In this document: positions 45,529-57,761 of the stretch, piece after piece | How positions within the stretch are numbered: position 1 is the stretch's first letter | How the letters are laid out: the number at the start of each line of letters is the position of its first letter | Origin: Polyangiales bacterium | GTDB lineage: Bacteria; Myxococcota_A; Polyangia; Polyangiales; JADJQN01 | NCBI GenBank assembly: GCA_964202905.1 | Contig: CAXNJO010000012.1 | Location: 86,308-150,307, forward strand | Length of the DNA stretch: 64,000 nucleotides | Direction of reading: 5' to 3' | Program-made: the position numbers and the translations under genes | The notes under the pieces: generated by a model | Told to the model about the DNA's origin: nothing | The model's input: only the letters and a program-made list of their open reading frames with translations | The model's database searches: none

Positions 45529-48500
45529 ATGCACGATCCTATCGGTTCGTTTCTGCGAATACACGCGAACTATACCTAAGCTACCAAGACACTGCATTTC
45601 GGATCCAGAATCCAGAACTGTCTGAGGAACGTAGACAGCTACTTCGACAGCCAGGTACGCTTTGCGCAGAACCTCTGCTCGAGGCAATTCCTCGTTATCA
45701 GACTGCGTATGCTATCGAACGCCTCCGGAAGCTCGCCGTTGATGATGACCCACTGGAGGGCTTCAGCTCGGAGGAGCGTGAGGCCTTCATCTCTGTTGTG
45801 CTCAGCGGACTGCTCGACTGGCGCGAAAAAGACGGCATTCGCTCGGGCGCGTTCGATCTGTTCACGCATCAAATTGGCATGCTCCGACGTGGAACCCGCC
45901 CCGGTTGCCCCGGGGTCGTGACGTCTGGCACAGGTTCGGGCAAGACTGAGGCATTCCTTCTTCCGATTCTCGCGACGATTTGCAGGGAGGCGAGACGGTG
46001 GCCTGCCGCCCGCCCAGGATATCCGAGTAAGCGCTGGTGGCAGGACGTCGACGGGAGACCATACCCCGGTTTGCGCAAGGGGCCTACTGACAAGAGGCAG
46101 GCGAAGACCGCGTTTGTCGCGCAGAGGCGCACGGAGGATCCTGGACGCCCAGCCGCTGTACGCGCACTGGTGCTGTATCCGATGAACGCGCTCGTAGAAG
46201 ACCAGATGGTCCGGCTGCGACGTGCTCTTGATTCTCAGGATTCGCGCGAGGCAATGGACCGTCATCTCGCGGGGAATCGGATCTTCTTCGGACGCTATAC
46301 CGGAGCCACACCGGTCACCAACTGGGACTACCATCCGCGTGCGTGGGATCTCTCGCGGACGCCGCCGGTAATGAGGACCGCGGACGCTGACGTTGCGCGC
46401 GGCGAGCTCGCCAGGCGAAGGCGTAAGCAAACGCAGCTATTCGCTGCAATGAAGGACCTCGACCAAGCGCAACGCCGCGCCGAGGAGCTGGCTCTGGAGC
46501 AGGCCGGGGCGTCGACGAACGAGACGCTGAGAGCGATTGCAGCGGAAGGACGGGCTCGTTCTGCGCGGCTGGACCTGCCGTTCATGTTCCCGGCGGTCGA
46601 TGGTGCCGAGATGGTGTCGCGCTGGGATATGCACGAGCACCCACCGGACATCTTGGTCACTAACGTAAGCATGCTCAATGCGATGCTGGCCCGGGAGGTG
46701 GATCAGCCCATCCTAGAAGCCACACGCAACTGGTTGGAGTCTTCGGACGACTCCTACTTCTTCCTGGTTCTCGATGAGCTGCACCTGCATCGAGGCTCGT
46801 CGGGAACCGAGGTGGCGAGCCTACTTCGCCAGTTGATCGTAAGGCTTGGGTTGGACCGGCAGGAGCATCGCCACAAACTGCGTGTGCTCGCCTCCAGTGC
46901 GTCGCTGCCTGTCGACGACCCAAGCACGCGAGACCAGAGCCTGAAGTTCCTCTGGGGCATGTACGGTACCAATGGGACACATACTGGAAGGAGTGAGTCT
47001 GCCGCGAAGGCAGGGCTTGAGGTCTGGAAGGCGGCAATCGAACCCGGAGCCCAGGTGCCAGACCTGCCGCTGCCGAGCGCGAGGCTCGACCCGGGGCCGT
47101 TCGTGCGCATGGTCGAGGAACACCTCCCGCGAGATGCTTCTGGTACTTTGGACGCCTACGAGACGCTGGTAGGCCGATCACCGTTGGAAGTGCAGTCCGC
47201 ATGGCGCGGCGTGGCGGCGGAGCTGGCGCGCTGCGGAAGACTGGTCGGCGATCTGGCCGACGCGGAGCCGTCGGATATCGTGCGATCGGTCGTGGAGGAG
47301 TGCGGTCGCCTCATCGCGTCGTCGTGCCTTGGACCCCTCTCCGCCAGCCCGCGTGCCCGGGCCACTACGCTCACCGACGTGGCATCGCGGCTGTTCGGCT
47401 CCGGCCCCGAGGCCCCGCCTAAGGAAACGCGGCTGCTAGCCCTACGAGGACTCTTGTTCGCGCGCGGATGTGGGGATCTTCACTCCACTTGGTTTCCCGG
47501 GAGCAGGCCCCCCTCTACCCGCGCGTTCAGGATGCACACGTTGTTTCGGAGTTTGGAGGGGCTATTCGCGCCACTGCGAGATCCCGCGCGCCCCATCGGC
47601 ACCCTTACCATCGAGCGAGGAAGCCGCGGGGATGACCACCTGCCGGATGGCACACAGCAGTCCCGGCCGCTCGTCGAACTGCTCTACTGCGAAGCATGCG
47701 GAGAGGTCTTCGCTGCCGGGCGAACGGACCCACTGTTTGCCACGCCAGACTCGCTGGACCTACTTCCGACCGAGCCTCAGCTTGAGGGCCTGCCGGACCG
47801 AGCTGTCGCGCACCGATTCGAGCAGTTGAGCTACGAACGCTACCGAGTCTTCTGGCCGAAGGACGGGCTACAGCGGCCGCCCTTTGCTGACGATGAGCAT
47901 GGAGCCGCGGATGGTGCATGGGTGCCAGCAGAGATCGACCCGCGCACAGCTCGCGTGCGCGTCCTAGCTCCCCTGGAGCGCCCAAGTGCGCAGGGCATCG
48001 GGGGCTACCTCTGGCGTCGCTCAAAAGGGCCTGACTTCCACAAGCGGAATGAATCGCAGGGTGGCACCCACTTGCCATACGCATGCCCCAGCTGCGCCAC
48101 ATCGTATCGACTGCGCACGAAAGGTATGCCCCTCTCTCCAATCCGAAGTTTTCGAGCGGGATTTGGAAAGACGACCCAACTGCTTGCGACGGAACTCTTT
48201 GCCGTCCTGCAAACGACAGCAAGCGACAGCGCCAAGCTAGTCGCATTCGCCGACAGTAGGCAGGAGGCCGCGAACAATGCTCTCGACATCGAGCGCTTCC
48301 ATCATCAAGACGTCAAACGTGCTTTGGTTGTGCAGTTGCTCCGGCAGCGTCTCGTTCAGGCACTGGTACCTAACGACTTCGAGTCACAGTTGGCGAAACT
48401 GGTCGCGCAGCTCGGTGAAGCTATCGCCGCCGACGACCAGAGCGCAGTCGATGCCCTGAACGGCCGGATCGCAACGAAGAGGGTCGATCTGATGGGTGCG

Positions 48501-51500
48501 CGGGCCGCTTCGCACGGATTGGTGCGACTTTCAGACGTCCTCGATCTGGAGAAGTACGAAGGTACCGCCGCGGCGGGACGATTCCCTCTGCGATCGCTGA
48601 TTCAGGCGTTTGTCAAGCTAGGCATTCACCCGTCTGATGATACGGGGACGAGCCTCTTCAGGAAGTTCAAGGACGCCAGATCGGGCCACTTCGAGAAGGA
48701 GTGGGACGGGTTGTTTGCCACGGACCAGTCTCCGATCGATTGGGCAGACGAAGTGATTCCAAGTGCTGCTCCCGTTAGCGAGGCGGACGTCGACGCCGAC
48801 GAGGATGAGGTAGACGGTGAGGTCCCGGAGCCCCCGGGAGAGGACGACGAAAGTCCGACTCGCCTCACCCCACAACATGCGCTCGACACCATGCGCCGGG
48901 ACCTTATCATCAAGCTCTCCCGCAGCATCAACGACGTTGTATACAGTCGCACGTACTTCGCGCTCGAGGAGGCCGGGCTCGCGTATCCCGCAGTGATGCT
49001 GCGGCCCGGCATGTCCGAGCGCGAATGGCACGAACTCAATGCTTTCGTCCGCGTGCTGGCTGATAGCTACCGGTTCGCGGAGGACTCTGACCCATACTTC
49101 AACTCGGAGGACCCCAAGAAGGACTGGACCGCTGGCGCGGCCGTTCCCGCAAAGAGCCGAGTGCGAGCTTACGCGAAGGCAGTAGATGCTGAGGGAGCGA
49201 CGGCGCTTCTAGGACGCGTCCTGGAGCGTCTTGCCGTTGCCGGACATCCGGGCGGGCTACTCACCAATCGGAGTATCTATCTCCGGCTGGTGGAGCCCAG
49301 TGACAAATACTTCGAGTGTGTGCGATGTCGGCGCGTGCATGTGCATCCAGGAACGGGCTGGTGTACGAGGTGTCGGGAGCGACTGCCCGCGGACGGCAGA
49401 CCGGTGGCAGAACTTCGCCGGCGCAGTCATCTCGCGCGACGCGTCGGACGTGAAGAGACCTTCCGGCTCCGCTGCGAGGAACTGACCGGGCAAACAGAGA
49501 ATCCCGCGGACCGTCAACGACGTTTCAAAGGCGTCGTAGAGCGTGGGGCATACGGACCCAAGGAGTGCATCGATCTTCTCAGCGTCACCACGACGATGGA
49601 GGTTGGCATCGACATCGGACAACTGCAGGCCGTGATGCTCGCAAACATGCCGCCACAGCGGTTCAACTATCAACAGCGCGTGGGCCGCGCCGGCCGGCGT
49701 GGCCAGGCATTCTCTTCGGCACTTACCGTGTGCCGCACGAAGAGCCACGACCTGTACTACTTCTTTCGACCGGAGAAGATCACCGGCGACGAGCCCCCCC
49801 CGCCATTTCTGGCCCGCGATCTCGATCTCATCTCCCAGCGCATCGTGCGACGCACCTGGCTATGTGCCGCATTCGACGGAGTCAGGTCGGGCGCTCGAGC
49901 GGCGGGAGTATTCTACCCAGGTGACTGGGCTCGGCCTGATATCCACGGGGAATTCGTGCCCATGAACGCGTGGCCCGAGTGGCGCGCCTCAGTTTCCTCG
50001 GCCCTGGTCGCTACCGTTTGGGTCCGGGACCGCATTGCACAGGCACTGTCGGACGCGGGCGGCCCGGAAGTGGCAGCCATCGCTCCCACGGCAGAGTCCG
50101 TGCTCGCCGAGATCGATGCGGTCTGTGAGCAATTCTTGGCGGGCCAAGGGACAACAAGCGCGCTCGATGGAGCAGCATCGCACGAGGATGATGCTGACGC
50201 GGATAGTGCCGAGAGCGCTGGGAGTTACGAGGGGCTGGCTCATGCACTCGCCGAGGCCGGCAAGTTCCCGATGTACGGCATGCCCACTCGTGTGCGAGAA
50301 CTCTACGTTCGACTGAACGACGAATATAGAAAGGGAAGGAGTGGCAAAGACGCCTGGGTGCGAACGCGAGTGGTCTCCGTCGCTCGCGACGCAGAGATTG
50401 CAATATTCGAGTTTGCTCCGGGGGGGACCATCACCAAGGACAAACAACGACACGAGAGTATCGGGTTCACGCCGCGATTGCCCGCGACCCTCGAGAAGCC
50501 GGGTTCATGGAACCGTCGCGACGTATTGAAAGAAGTTGAGATTCATGGGGCCGCCTTGGCTCGCTCCTTCTGGGTTGCGACGTGCCGCGTCTGCGGAGCG
50601 TGGCGGCACGAGGCGAACAATCCGTTGGCGGACGCTCGTGTCGAGTGTCGAGCGTGCCTTGCCCTGATCTCCCCCAGTGACTTTCACGAGTGCGCGGAGC
50701 CGCTTGGCTATCGGACCACCTTCCGGCCCAAGCACGCGAATGACTTCGATGAAAGTGTGTCTCAGTATCGAGGAGCTCATGCTGATGCTCTGGAGACAGC
50801 GCTCGATCCGGTCGGCGGTACCAATCTCATGCTCAAGCACATGGAGCAGATGCGTACCTTTCGTCTGAACCGAGGGCGGAGCGCGTCGAAGGCCGGGGAG
50901 AGTGATGGGACAGGGTTCTCGACGAACTTGGGGCAGCAACAGCTAAAGCGCGGGCCTGGGGTATTCTTGCTGCATGAGCAGCATGTGATCGAGGGTAGGG
51001 AGATCAAGCCGCCGCTGGAGAGCGTGATGCCCGGCAAGAGCCGCATCTGGCTTGCGTCCCCGAAGACTACTGAGGCGCTCTCGTTCGGTCCTCGGGGCGT
51101 GCCGGCTGGTACTCGCATTGGAGCGGTCGCTGGACCGCAGGCCGCCGCCTCGGTTCGTGCCGCTGCGCTTTCAGCGCTGTTTTTGGTGGTCGACAAGGCC
51201 GCGCTACACTTGGATATCGACCCTGACGAATTCGAGATCCTCGAGCCTAGTCTGCGGCGGCCGGACGGGACGAATGCGGTGCCGGTACTGCAGTTCATGG
51301 ATCGTTTGGTGAATGGCGCGGGCTACTGCCGCGAACTCACGCGCCCGCTCGATGCTCCGTTGCTCGCAGGGCTGATTAGAGACCTCGTCGATGGGAGTGA
51401 GAACAGTGCTCCTCTGGACGAGATCCTTGGGCCTGCGCATGTGACGAGCTGTGACCAGGCATGCTACCGCTGCCTACTCAGGTATCGCAACCAGGCGTTC

Positions 51501-51893
51501 CACGGACTGCTCGACTGGCAGCTGGGTTTTACCTATCTTGAGGTACTGCTCAAGGGCGACTCGTGCGCTGGATTGGACAATGATTTCCGTAGCCGTGGAC
51601 TTTCGGAGTGGCCCCGATGGGCTGCGGAGTACGCGGAACGTATGGTGCGTCTATACGGGGGCGACGTGCTGCAATACGGGCAGCTAGTTGGCTTTCAGCT
51701 TCCCCGCCTCGCGCGGCCGACGATCGTCGTTCACCCGCTGTGGGACAGAGACGAACCTAAGGGCCTGCTTCGAGACAGCATGGAACTGGCGGCTGCGAAA
51801 GCGGGTTGTGCGCCAGGTCTTGCGGATTCGTTCGACATTGCCCGACGACCGGCGTGGGTCTACGAGCGGCTTGCAAAGGGGGAGGTCGCGTGA
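45529..51893 (+). CDS. Very large SF2 DEAD/DEAH helicase with Zn ribbons and C-terminal DUF1998-like domain (DruE-like), about 2120 aa
   Basis: FTHQ, SGTGSGKT, LYPMNAL, PPDILVTN, LDELH, SAS, FADSRQ, TTTMEVGIDIG, NYQQRVGRAGRR, CxxC pairs and CDQACYRCL; true N-terminus MHDPIGSFLRI-RELYLSY restored by removing 2 nt near 45562. Confidence 0.88.
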
Positions 51894-53061
51894 TGGGGTT
51901 CCGAGCTCTAGCCGAGCCCGTGTCCCGGTTGGTGGTTCCCGCCACGTTGGGTCCGACGCAACTCGCGCGAGCGGCGTCGTGTCAGCTTTCGGGGTTGCTA
52001 GGAGCCGTTCATTTAGCGTCGGACCGCCTGCCGCCAGATCCCCGCGCGTTCATAGGCACGATACTCCATCGCGTGGTCGAGGATTCCTACAGGGGGCGCA
52101 TATGCGGAAACGGGACACCTGCGGAACTCATCGCGGGCCACTTGGCATCTCTCTTTCGGCAGAAGGGAGAGGACCTGGCGGGTGGAGAACTCGCCCACTA
52201 CGTTCCTCTGGGTGACACAATCACCTATGCGGAGTACCTCGACCGCAGCACGCGAGCGCGCAAACGTGCCGTCGACTGCTACCGAGAGCCATCGCCGCAA
52301 CGGGGGGAGGCTCCTGCGGAGGGGCTTGCCGGTGTAGAGAGATTACTCGTGAGCAAGTCGTTAGGTGTCGCCGGCAGGGCAGACGTAGTAGAGGAGACAG
52401 CGACGGAGGTGGTGGTTCGCGACCTGAAGACGGGGAGCGTGCGCGATCGGGATGGAATCGCCCCTCATGTCGCCTTCCAGCTTAGGGTCTATGCACTGCT
52501 CGCGCAGGAATGCCGCCCCGGGAAGCGGGTACGGATCTTCGTCGACCATGCCGTGAGCGAAGAACTCCCTTGGGGGCCGACGGAGGAGTTGGCGATTCGT
52601 GGGGAGCTTGAACGCATCCGGGCAGCTCTGCCGCCGGGCGCGGCGGTGGACGCTCGGCAAATCGCAAGTGTTGGGGAGGCGTGCCGTTGGTGCGACTTCC
52701 GACACGTGTGCCCCGCATTTCGAGAGGAAGCCCCCCAGCTGTGGTCCACCGTGGGATTGCCCTATGTCCCGCCGCAGGATGTGGCAGGGACCTTGGAGGA
52801 TGCACCGAAGGCCCGTGAGAACGGTGTTTCTCTCAGACTGTGCGACTTGGCGGGTCGCCCAGTGAGCATCGTGGGGCTCTCCCGAGACACGGGATGTGGC
52901 AGGAGCTGCGGCAGGGACAGTCGCTGTGGCTGTTCGGCCTCGAGGCGCGGGGTAGCTACCGGAACGCGGATCGGCAGTACGCACATCCCGTCAACTTCCG
53001 AGAGCGTGCGCTGTCAATGGGCGAGCGCAGGGCGTTTCGCCTGCGTGTGTTTCTGGGGTGA
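51893..53061 (+). CDS. Cas4/AddB-like PD-(D/E)XK nuclease with probable 4Fe-4S cluster (frameshift near 52886)
   Basis: TGATG coupling to the helicase; SC...GTILH, VE, GRADVV, DLKTG, QLRVY and CRWCDFRHVC motifs; C-terminus continues in the 52840..53061 frame. Confidence 0.8.
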
Positions 53062-53229
53062 CCAGGCGCACCGCATAGCCGGTCGCCTTGGTGGATGCCG
53101 GCAGTAGGCGTTCCAGGTTGGGGCGAGATGCACCCGCCGACGGAGTCGAACCGGCGGCGATGCGGTCGACGACGCGGACACACGTAAAGTTCACTTGCCG
53201 CACGCACCCCCTGTACGCTCACTGCCACG

Positions 53230-54545
53230 ATGACCCCTGCGGAGATCACGGCGGCTCAGAAGCAGTTCTCGAAGCTAGCGCCCGGTCGGGAGGGGCAGAC
53301 GTGGCTCGAGCAGGTGCTCGGCGCGAAGCCTGGTTCGATCCGTTGGTACGGCACGGACGGGGCGAATCCGAGCCAGCAGCTCAAGAACAAGTTGTCGCAG
53401 GCGGCTCCGGCGACCGACGGGCTCCTCCTCCTCACGCTTGCGGATGGCGAGGCGCACGAGAAGGCTCGAACGACGCTCGTCGAGAAGTGGGGGCAGAACG
53501 CGGAGTGGCCGAAAGCTGTCGCGTGCGTCGCGCTCGCGTACGGAGGCGTGCTCGCGAGCGATCGTCGTCTGGAAGAAGAGCTCCTTCCCAGACCGCATCC
53601 GCGAGCGGCTTGCGCCCATTGTCGAGGTCCTGGAAGCGGAACGCCCGAAGGAGCCCGACGCGTTCGACACCCAGGGCGATCCCGCGGCGCTCGCCGACCT
53701 GCTCTGCATCGACGAGACGTTCGTACGGGATTGGCTCTGGCTGATCGAGACGCAGCGGGCGGTCATCTTCTACGGGCCGCCGGGGACCGGGAAGACGTTC
53801 ATCGCGCGCAGGTTCGCCGAGCACCTCCAGCCGCGCGCTGACCTCCGACGCTTGGTGCAGCTCCATCCGAGCTACGGCTACGAAGAGTTCTTCGAGGGGT
53901 ACCGACCGCGCGGTTCCGACGACGAGCAGGGTGCAGGCGGTCTCCGGCTCGTGAAGCAAGATGGTCCCCTGCGCGACCTCGTTCGGCGCTCGGAAGCCAA
54001 CCCGGATGAGAACGCCGTCATCGTGCTGGACGAAGTGAATCGCGGGAATCTGCCCCGGATCTTCGGCGAACTCTACTTCTTGATCGAGTACCGCGATGCC
54101 GAGGTGTCGCTCATGTACTCGCCTGAGGAGCGGTTCCGCCTGCCGAAGCGCGTGACGTTCATCGGCACCATGAACACGGCGGACCGATCCGTCGCCGTGC
54201 TCGATCAAGGCGCTGCGCCGTCGGTTCTACTTCGTTCCCCTGTTTCCCGGTGAGCCGCCCGTCGATGGGATGCTCCGCCGCTTCCTGGAGCGACACCGCC
54301 CCGAGATGGCCTACGTCGCCGACCTCCTCGACCTCGCCAACGAGCACCTGCCTCGCCACTTCCGGATCGGCCCGAGCCATCTCATGCGCATCGACCTCGA
54401 CGACGACGTGCTCGACCGCGTCTGGCGCTACTCCGTCCTGCCGTCGATCGCCGAGCAGTTCTTCGACCGCGAGGAGGAGCTTCAGGCCACCCTCTCACTC
54501 AGCGTGTTGCGGGCTTCTCTCGCCAAGCGTGGGGGCAACGGGTGA
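53230..54545 (+). CDS. McrB-like AAA+ GTPase, about 437 aa (indels near 53554 and 54209)
   Basis: IFYGPPGTGKT, QLHPSYGYEEFFEG, LDEVNRGN, FGEL and GTMNTADRS...D-ALRRRF motifs; three frames join. Confidence 0.85.
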
Positions 54546-55723
54546 CGGACGTTCGCGTCATTCGCCTCCAAGAGCACCGCACGACCGAAGCGGTTCCTCT
54601 CACGAGCGACGAATACGCCGACCTCTCGGCCTGCGACGCGAGATTGACGTTTCGCCAGCGGGGGCCGGGCTTGTTCGACGTGACGGCGGCGGAGGTCGTG
54701 GGAGCGGTCTCCACGCGGCGTGTTCGACTGGTCATCGAGCCAAAAGTTCGGATTGCCCGTCTGCTGGCACTGCTCGCGTACGCCACCTCGCCGACCGAGT
54801 TCCGCACTGCCGTCGCCTCGGACGAGCGACGTGATCTGCTCTCCGTCATGCAGGAGCTCTACGCCGCAGCGTTGGAGACGGCGCTCCAACGGGGCTTGGT
54901 GCACGCATACGAACAGCGAACCGATCGGCTTCACGCGGTGCGGGGTCGCCTCGACGTGAAGGCGCTCGTCCTCGGGCGCTTCGGCGTCTTTCCGCCGGTC
55001 GACTGCACCTTCGACGAGCACACGGCCGACATCGAGGTGAACCGCAGGATGCTCGCTGCGGCCCTGCGCCTGGCAAGGCATGAGCGAGGGTCAGTCGCAG
55101 CACGACGCCTGCTCGGGCTCGCGGCGCGCATGACTGACGTGAGCGACGCCGCGTATGCCCCGAGCCAAGTTCGGCCTCTGGCGCTCGACCGCCGTTTCGA
55201 GCGAGTGCGGTTTGCGGTGGCGCTCGCCGAGATCATCTTGCGGCACGCGTCCGTCGAGCTCGCGAACGGCACGACCGCGACGATCGACATCCTCGTGGAC
55301 ATGGATCGGCTCTTCGAGGACGTCGTCGTCGAGGCACTTTTCGATCGGCACCTGGTCGCGTAGAGGTGGACCAGGCAACCCGGCGGGCTGCATCTCGACG
55401 AGGCGAAGCGCGTGTCCATCCGTCCGGACGCTGTCGCATGGAGTCGTCGGGACGGCAGGCCTCTCCTCGTGCTCGACGTGAAGTACAAGGCCAGCGCTGC
55501 GGCGAAGAACCAGGACCTCTACCAGGTCGTCGCGTACAGCCACGTGATCGGCGCCCCCAAGGCGGCGTTGGTCTACGCGATGGTCGAGCCTGAGCGACTG
55601 CGCGTGCGGGGAGGCGGCCCCGACTTGGAACTCTTCCGGCTCGACTTGGACTGCGAGCCGGAGGCGTTGCGCTCACGCCTAGCGGACTTGGCGGGGCGTC
55701 TGCGCGTGCTCGCCGCCGCGTAA
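54542..55723 (+). CDS. McrC-like nuclease (in-frame TAG at 55361-55363)
   Basis: VG...IEPK, RGL...Y, RGRLD, DEHTADIEVNR and DMDRLFED; after the TAG the frame continues to IRPDA...LDVKYK...DLYQVVAY. Confidence 0.82.
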
Positions 55724-56184
55724 CCTTCGACTCGAGCGGCAAAGCGGGCGATCCCGGTCTTGACGTGCGCTTCGTCCACGGTGGCGCACTCCCACACCGT
55801 CAGCACACGGTAGCCGCTTGCCTCGAGGGTGTGCTGCACGCGCGTTCCGGCCACGTTTGCCGCAAACTTCGCGAGCCAGAAGTCCGCGTTGCGTTTGGGC
55901 TTCGTCGTGCGCTCGCAGCCCGGATGGCGGTGCCAGTAGCAGCCGTGAACGAACACCGCCCACCGCTTCGTCCGGTTGGCCATGTCGGGTGACCCCGGCA
56001 AGTCTCGGTTCGACAGGCGGTAGCGCAATCCAAGGGCGGCCAGGCATCGCCGGACGACGAGTTCGGGCTCGGTCCCGTGCTGCCTGATTCCTGCCATGCG
56101 CACGGAGGTCGCGCGGTCGAAGACGACTCGGTGGCCATCGATCACTCGCTCCACACGATCCCGTGCGTCGGGGGGTCTCGTCAC
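55573..56184 (-). CDS. vsr: Very short patch repair endonuclease
   Basis: RMAGIRQHGTEPE, LPGSPD, FVHGCYWH, FWLAKFAAN and GYRVLTVWEC motifs; GTGA coupling to the MTase; 3' end overlaps mcrC. Confidence 0.88.
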   Translation of the reverse strand: MTRPPDARDRVERVIDGHRVVFDRATSVRMAGIRQHGTEPELVVRRCLAALGLRYRLSNRDLPGSPDMANRTKRWAVFVHGCYWHRHPGCERTTKPKRNADFWLAKFAANVAGTRVQHTLEASGYRVLTVWECATVDEAHVKTGIARFAARVEGYAAASTRRRPAKSARRERNASGSQSKSSRKSSKSGPPPRTRSRSGSTIA

Positions 56185-57542
56185 CCGGCGGCCTGCTCCA
56201 TGCGCCGCAGATGAGCTTCCATCGCCGCAATGAAACCCGGTGGGAAGTGTAGCGAGCTTCGGCGCGTACGGTCCAGGAAACCTGCCGCTGCGCGCCTCGT
56301 GAGGGGCGCGGGATCGCCCGAGAGGAACTCGTGCAGGTGCTTCGCCTTGTAGTGCTTGGGCCACTTCGACACGTCGTTGGAGAAGCGCCCTTCGCCGACG
56401 TTGAAAGCTGCCTTCGGCCACATGCGATCCTTCCGCACGGGCGCGACGTTCCGCAAGATCACGTCGCCCGGCACCGCCAGGCGCTCGCCCAGCCACTTGA
56501 ATGCGGGCACGGAGACGGCGTTGCCCACCAGCTTCCAGCGGAAGCCCTTCTTGGCGACGGTCTCCGCCGGCTTGCTCCATCCGCGTGGGAAGCCCTGGAG
56601 CGCCTCGGCATCCTCGATGGACGGGGTCACCATCCGGCCGTCTGGCATCCAGACCCCCGGCGGCGACGGTACTCCTACGGTCGAGCCGCCCTTCAGCGTC
56701 GGCACCGAATCGATGGCCCACCCCAGTCCTCGAATGCCCTCGGTCCAGTAGAATCCGCACGCGAGCGTGCCGTCGCGCTCTTCTTCGGCGGGCGCACCGG
56801 CGTCGTCGGCGAAGAGAACGGTGCGCGGGTCGGCATCGCGCGCGGCGAGGAGGAACACGCGCTCTCGTCGCTGAGGAAGCCCGAAGGCTCGTGCGTTCAC
56901 CACGCGGTAGGCCCACGCGTAGCCGAGGTCTTCGAGGGCCGAGACGATCACGTCCAACGCCCGTCCGTGTGCGAGCTGGAGCATGAACGGCACGTTCTCG
57001 AGCAGCAGCCAAGGCACCTTACGTCGAGCAGCGAGCCGCAGAGCGTCCCGGACGAGGCCGGACCTCATACCGTCAATGCCTCGCGTGCTTCCCGCCTGGG
57101 ATAGATCCTGGCAGGGAAAACCACCCGCGAGCAGCTGCGTGCCCCCTGGCAAGTCCTTCAGCGTCGTCACGTCGTCGTGCGTGCCGAGGTCCGGGAAATG
57201 ATGGGCGAGCACGGCCCGCGCAGTCGGCTCGATTTCGCAGACCATCAACGTCCGGTGCCCGGCGGTCGCCAAGCCCTTCTCGATCCCACCGATCCCCGCG
57301 AAGAGACCAACGGTCGCAAGCGACCGACGAGCGATCGGCGTGGTGGGAAGGAGCTTGAAGTGGGCCGTCTCCACAGGGAGCGGCAGCTGCCGGCTACGGG
57401 AATCGAGAGTGGGGGTGGTCATCGTGACCACTTCTCGGACGGTGCGGCGCGTCCGTTGCGTGGAGGATACAACCGGACTGAGCGCAGCCGTTGACCGCCC
57501 CTGCGCCTTCGGGACCACGCTCTTCAAGACCACCTTCTTCAC
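56181..57542 (-). CDS. DNA (cytosine-5)-methyltransferase
   Basis: Motif I LFAGIGG, IV GFPCQ, VI ENV, VIII QRRERVF and X GNAV; start 57542 (GTGA overlap) or a later ATG. Confidence 0.93.
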   Translation of the reverse strand: MKKVVLKSVVPKAQGRSTAALSPVVSSTQRTRRTVREVVTMTTPTLDSRSRQLPLPVETAHFKLLPTTPIARRSLATVGLFAGIGGIEKGLATAGHRTLMVCEIEPTARAVLAHHFPDLGTHDDVTTLKDLPGGTQLLAGGFPCQDLSQAGSTRGIDGMRSGLVRDALRLAARRKVPWLLLENVPFMLQLAHGRALDVIVSALEDLGYAWAYRVVNARAFGLPQRRERVFLLAARDADPRTVLFADDAGAPAEEERDGTLACGFYWTEGIRGLGWAIDSVPTLKGGSTVGVPSPPGVWMPDGRMVTPSIEDAEALQGFPRGWSKPAETVAKKGFRWKLVGNAVSVPAFKWLGERLAVPGDVILRNVAPVRKDRMWPKAAFNVGEGRFSNDVSKWPKHYKAKHLHEFLSGDPAPLTRRAAAGFLDRTRRSSLHFPPGFIAAMEAHLRRMEQAAG

Positions 57543-57751
57543 GTGCGCCTCTTGGCGCGCTTCGGCACCGAAGTGGTGGCGCCGTGGCCCGCGTCCGCGA
57601 GGCCGCGCTCGAGAAGCACCCTGATCGCATCGACCCGAGTGAAATCGTGGCCCGGAAGGCCGGTCATGACCTCCGACCGGTACGCATCGACGCGCTCAAG
57701 CTGTTCGTCAGCCAAGCGGATGGCGATCTGAGTCTTCGCGTCGTCGGACAT
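57539..57751 (-). CDS. Ribbon-helix-helix transcriptional regulator
   Basis: QIAIRL beta-strand, then helix DEQLERVDAY and helix TRVDAIRVLLERGL; 70 aa. Confidence 0.75.
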   Translation of the reverse strand: MSDDAKTQIAIRLADEQLERVDAYRSEVMTGLPGHDFTRVDAIRVLLERGLADAGHGATTSVPKRAKRRT

Positions 57752-57761
57752 TGGGTCGCGT

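Noticed and set aside
45529..51893. DISARM (DrmA/DrmB) assignment
   Set aside because: The helicase and DUF1998-like domain are fused in one protein, and no PLD DrmC or SNF2 DrmD gene is present; the architecture fits DruE-like proteins better
55361..55363. Pyrrolysine or programmed amber read-through in mcrC
   Set aside because: No supporting machinery is visible; an error or nonsense mutation is simpler given the many nearby indels
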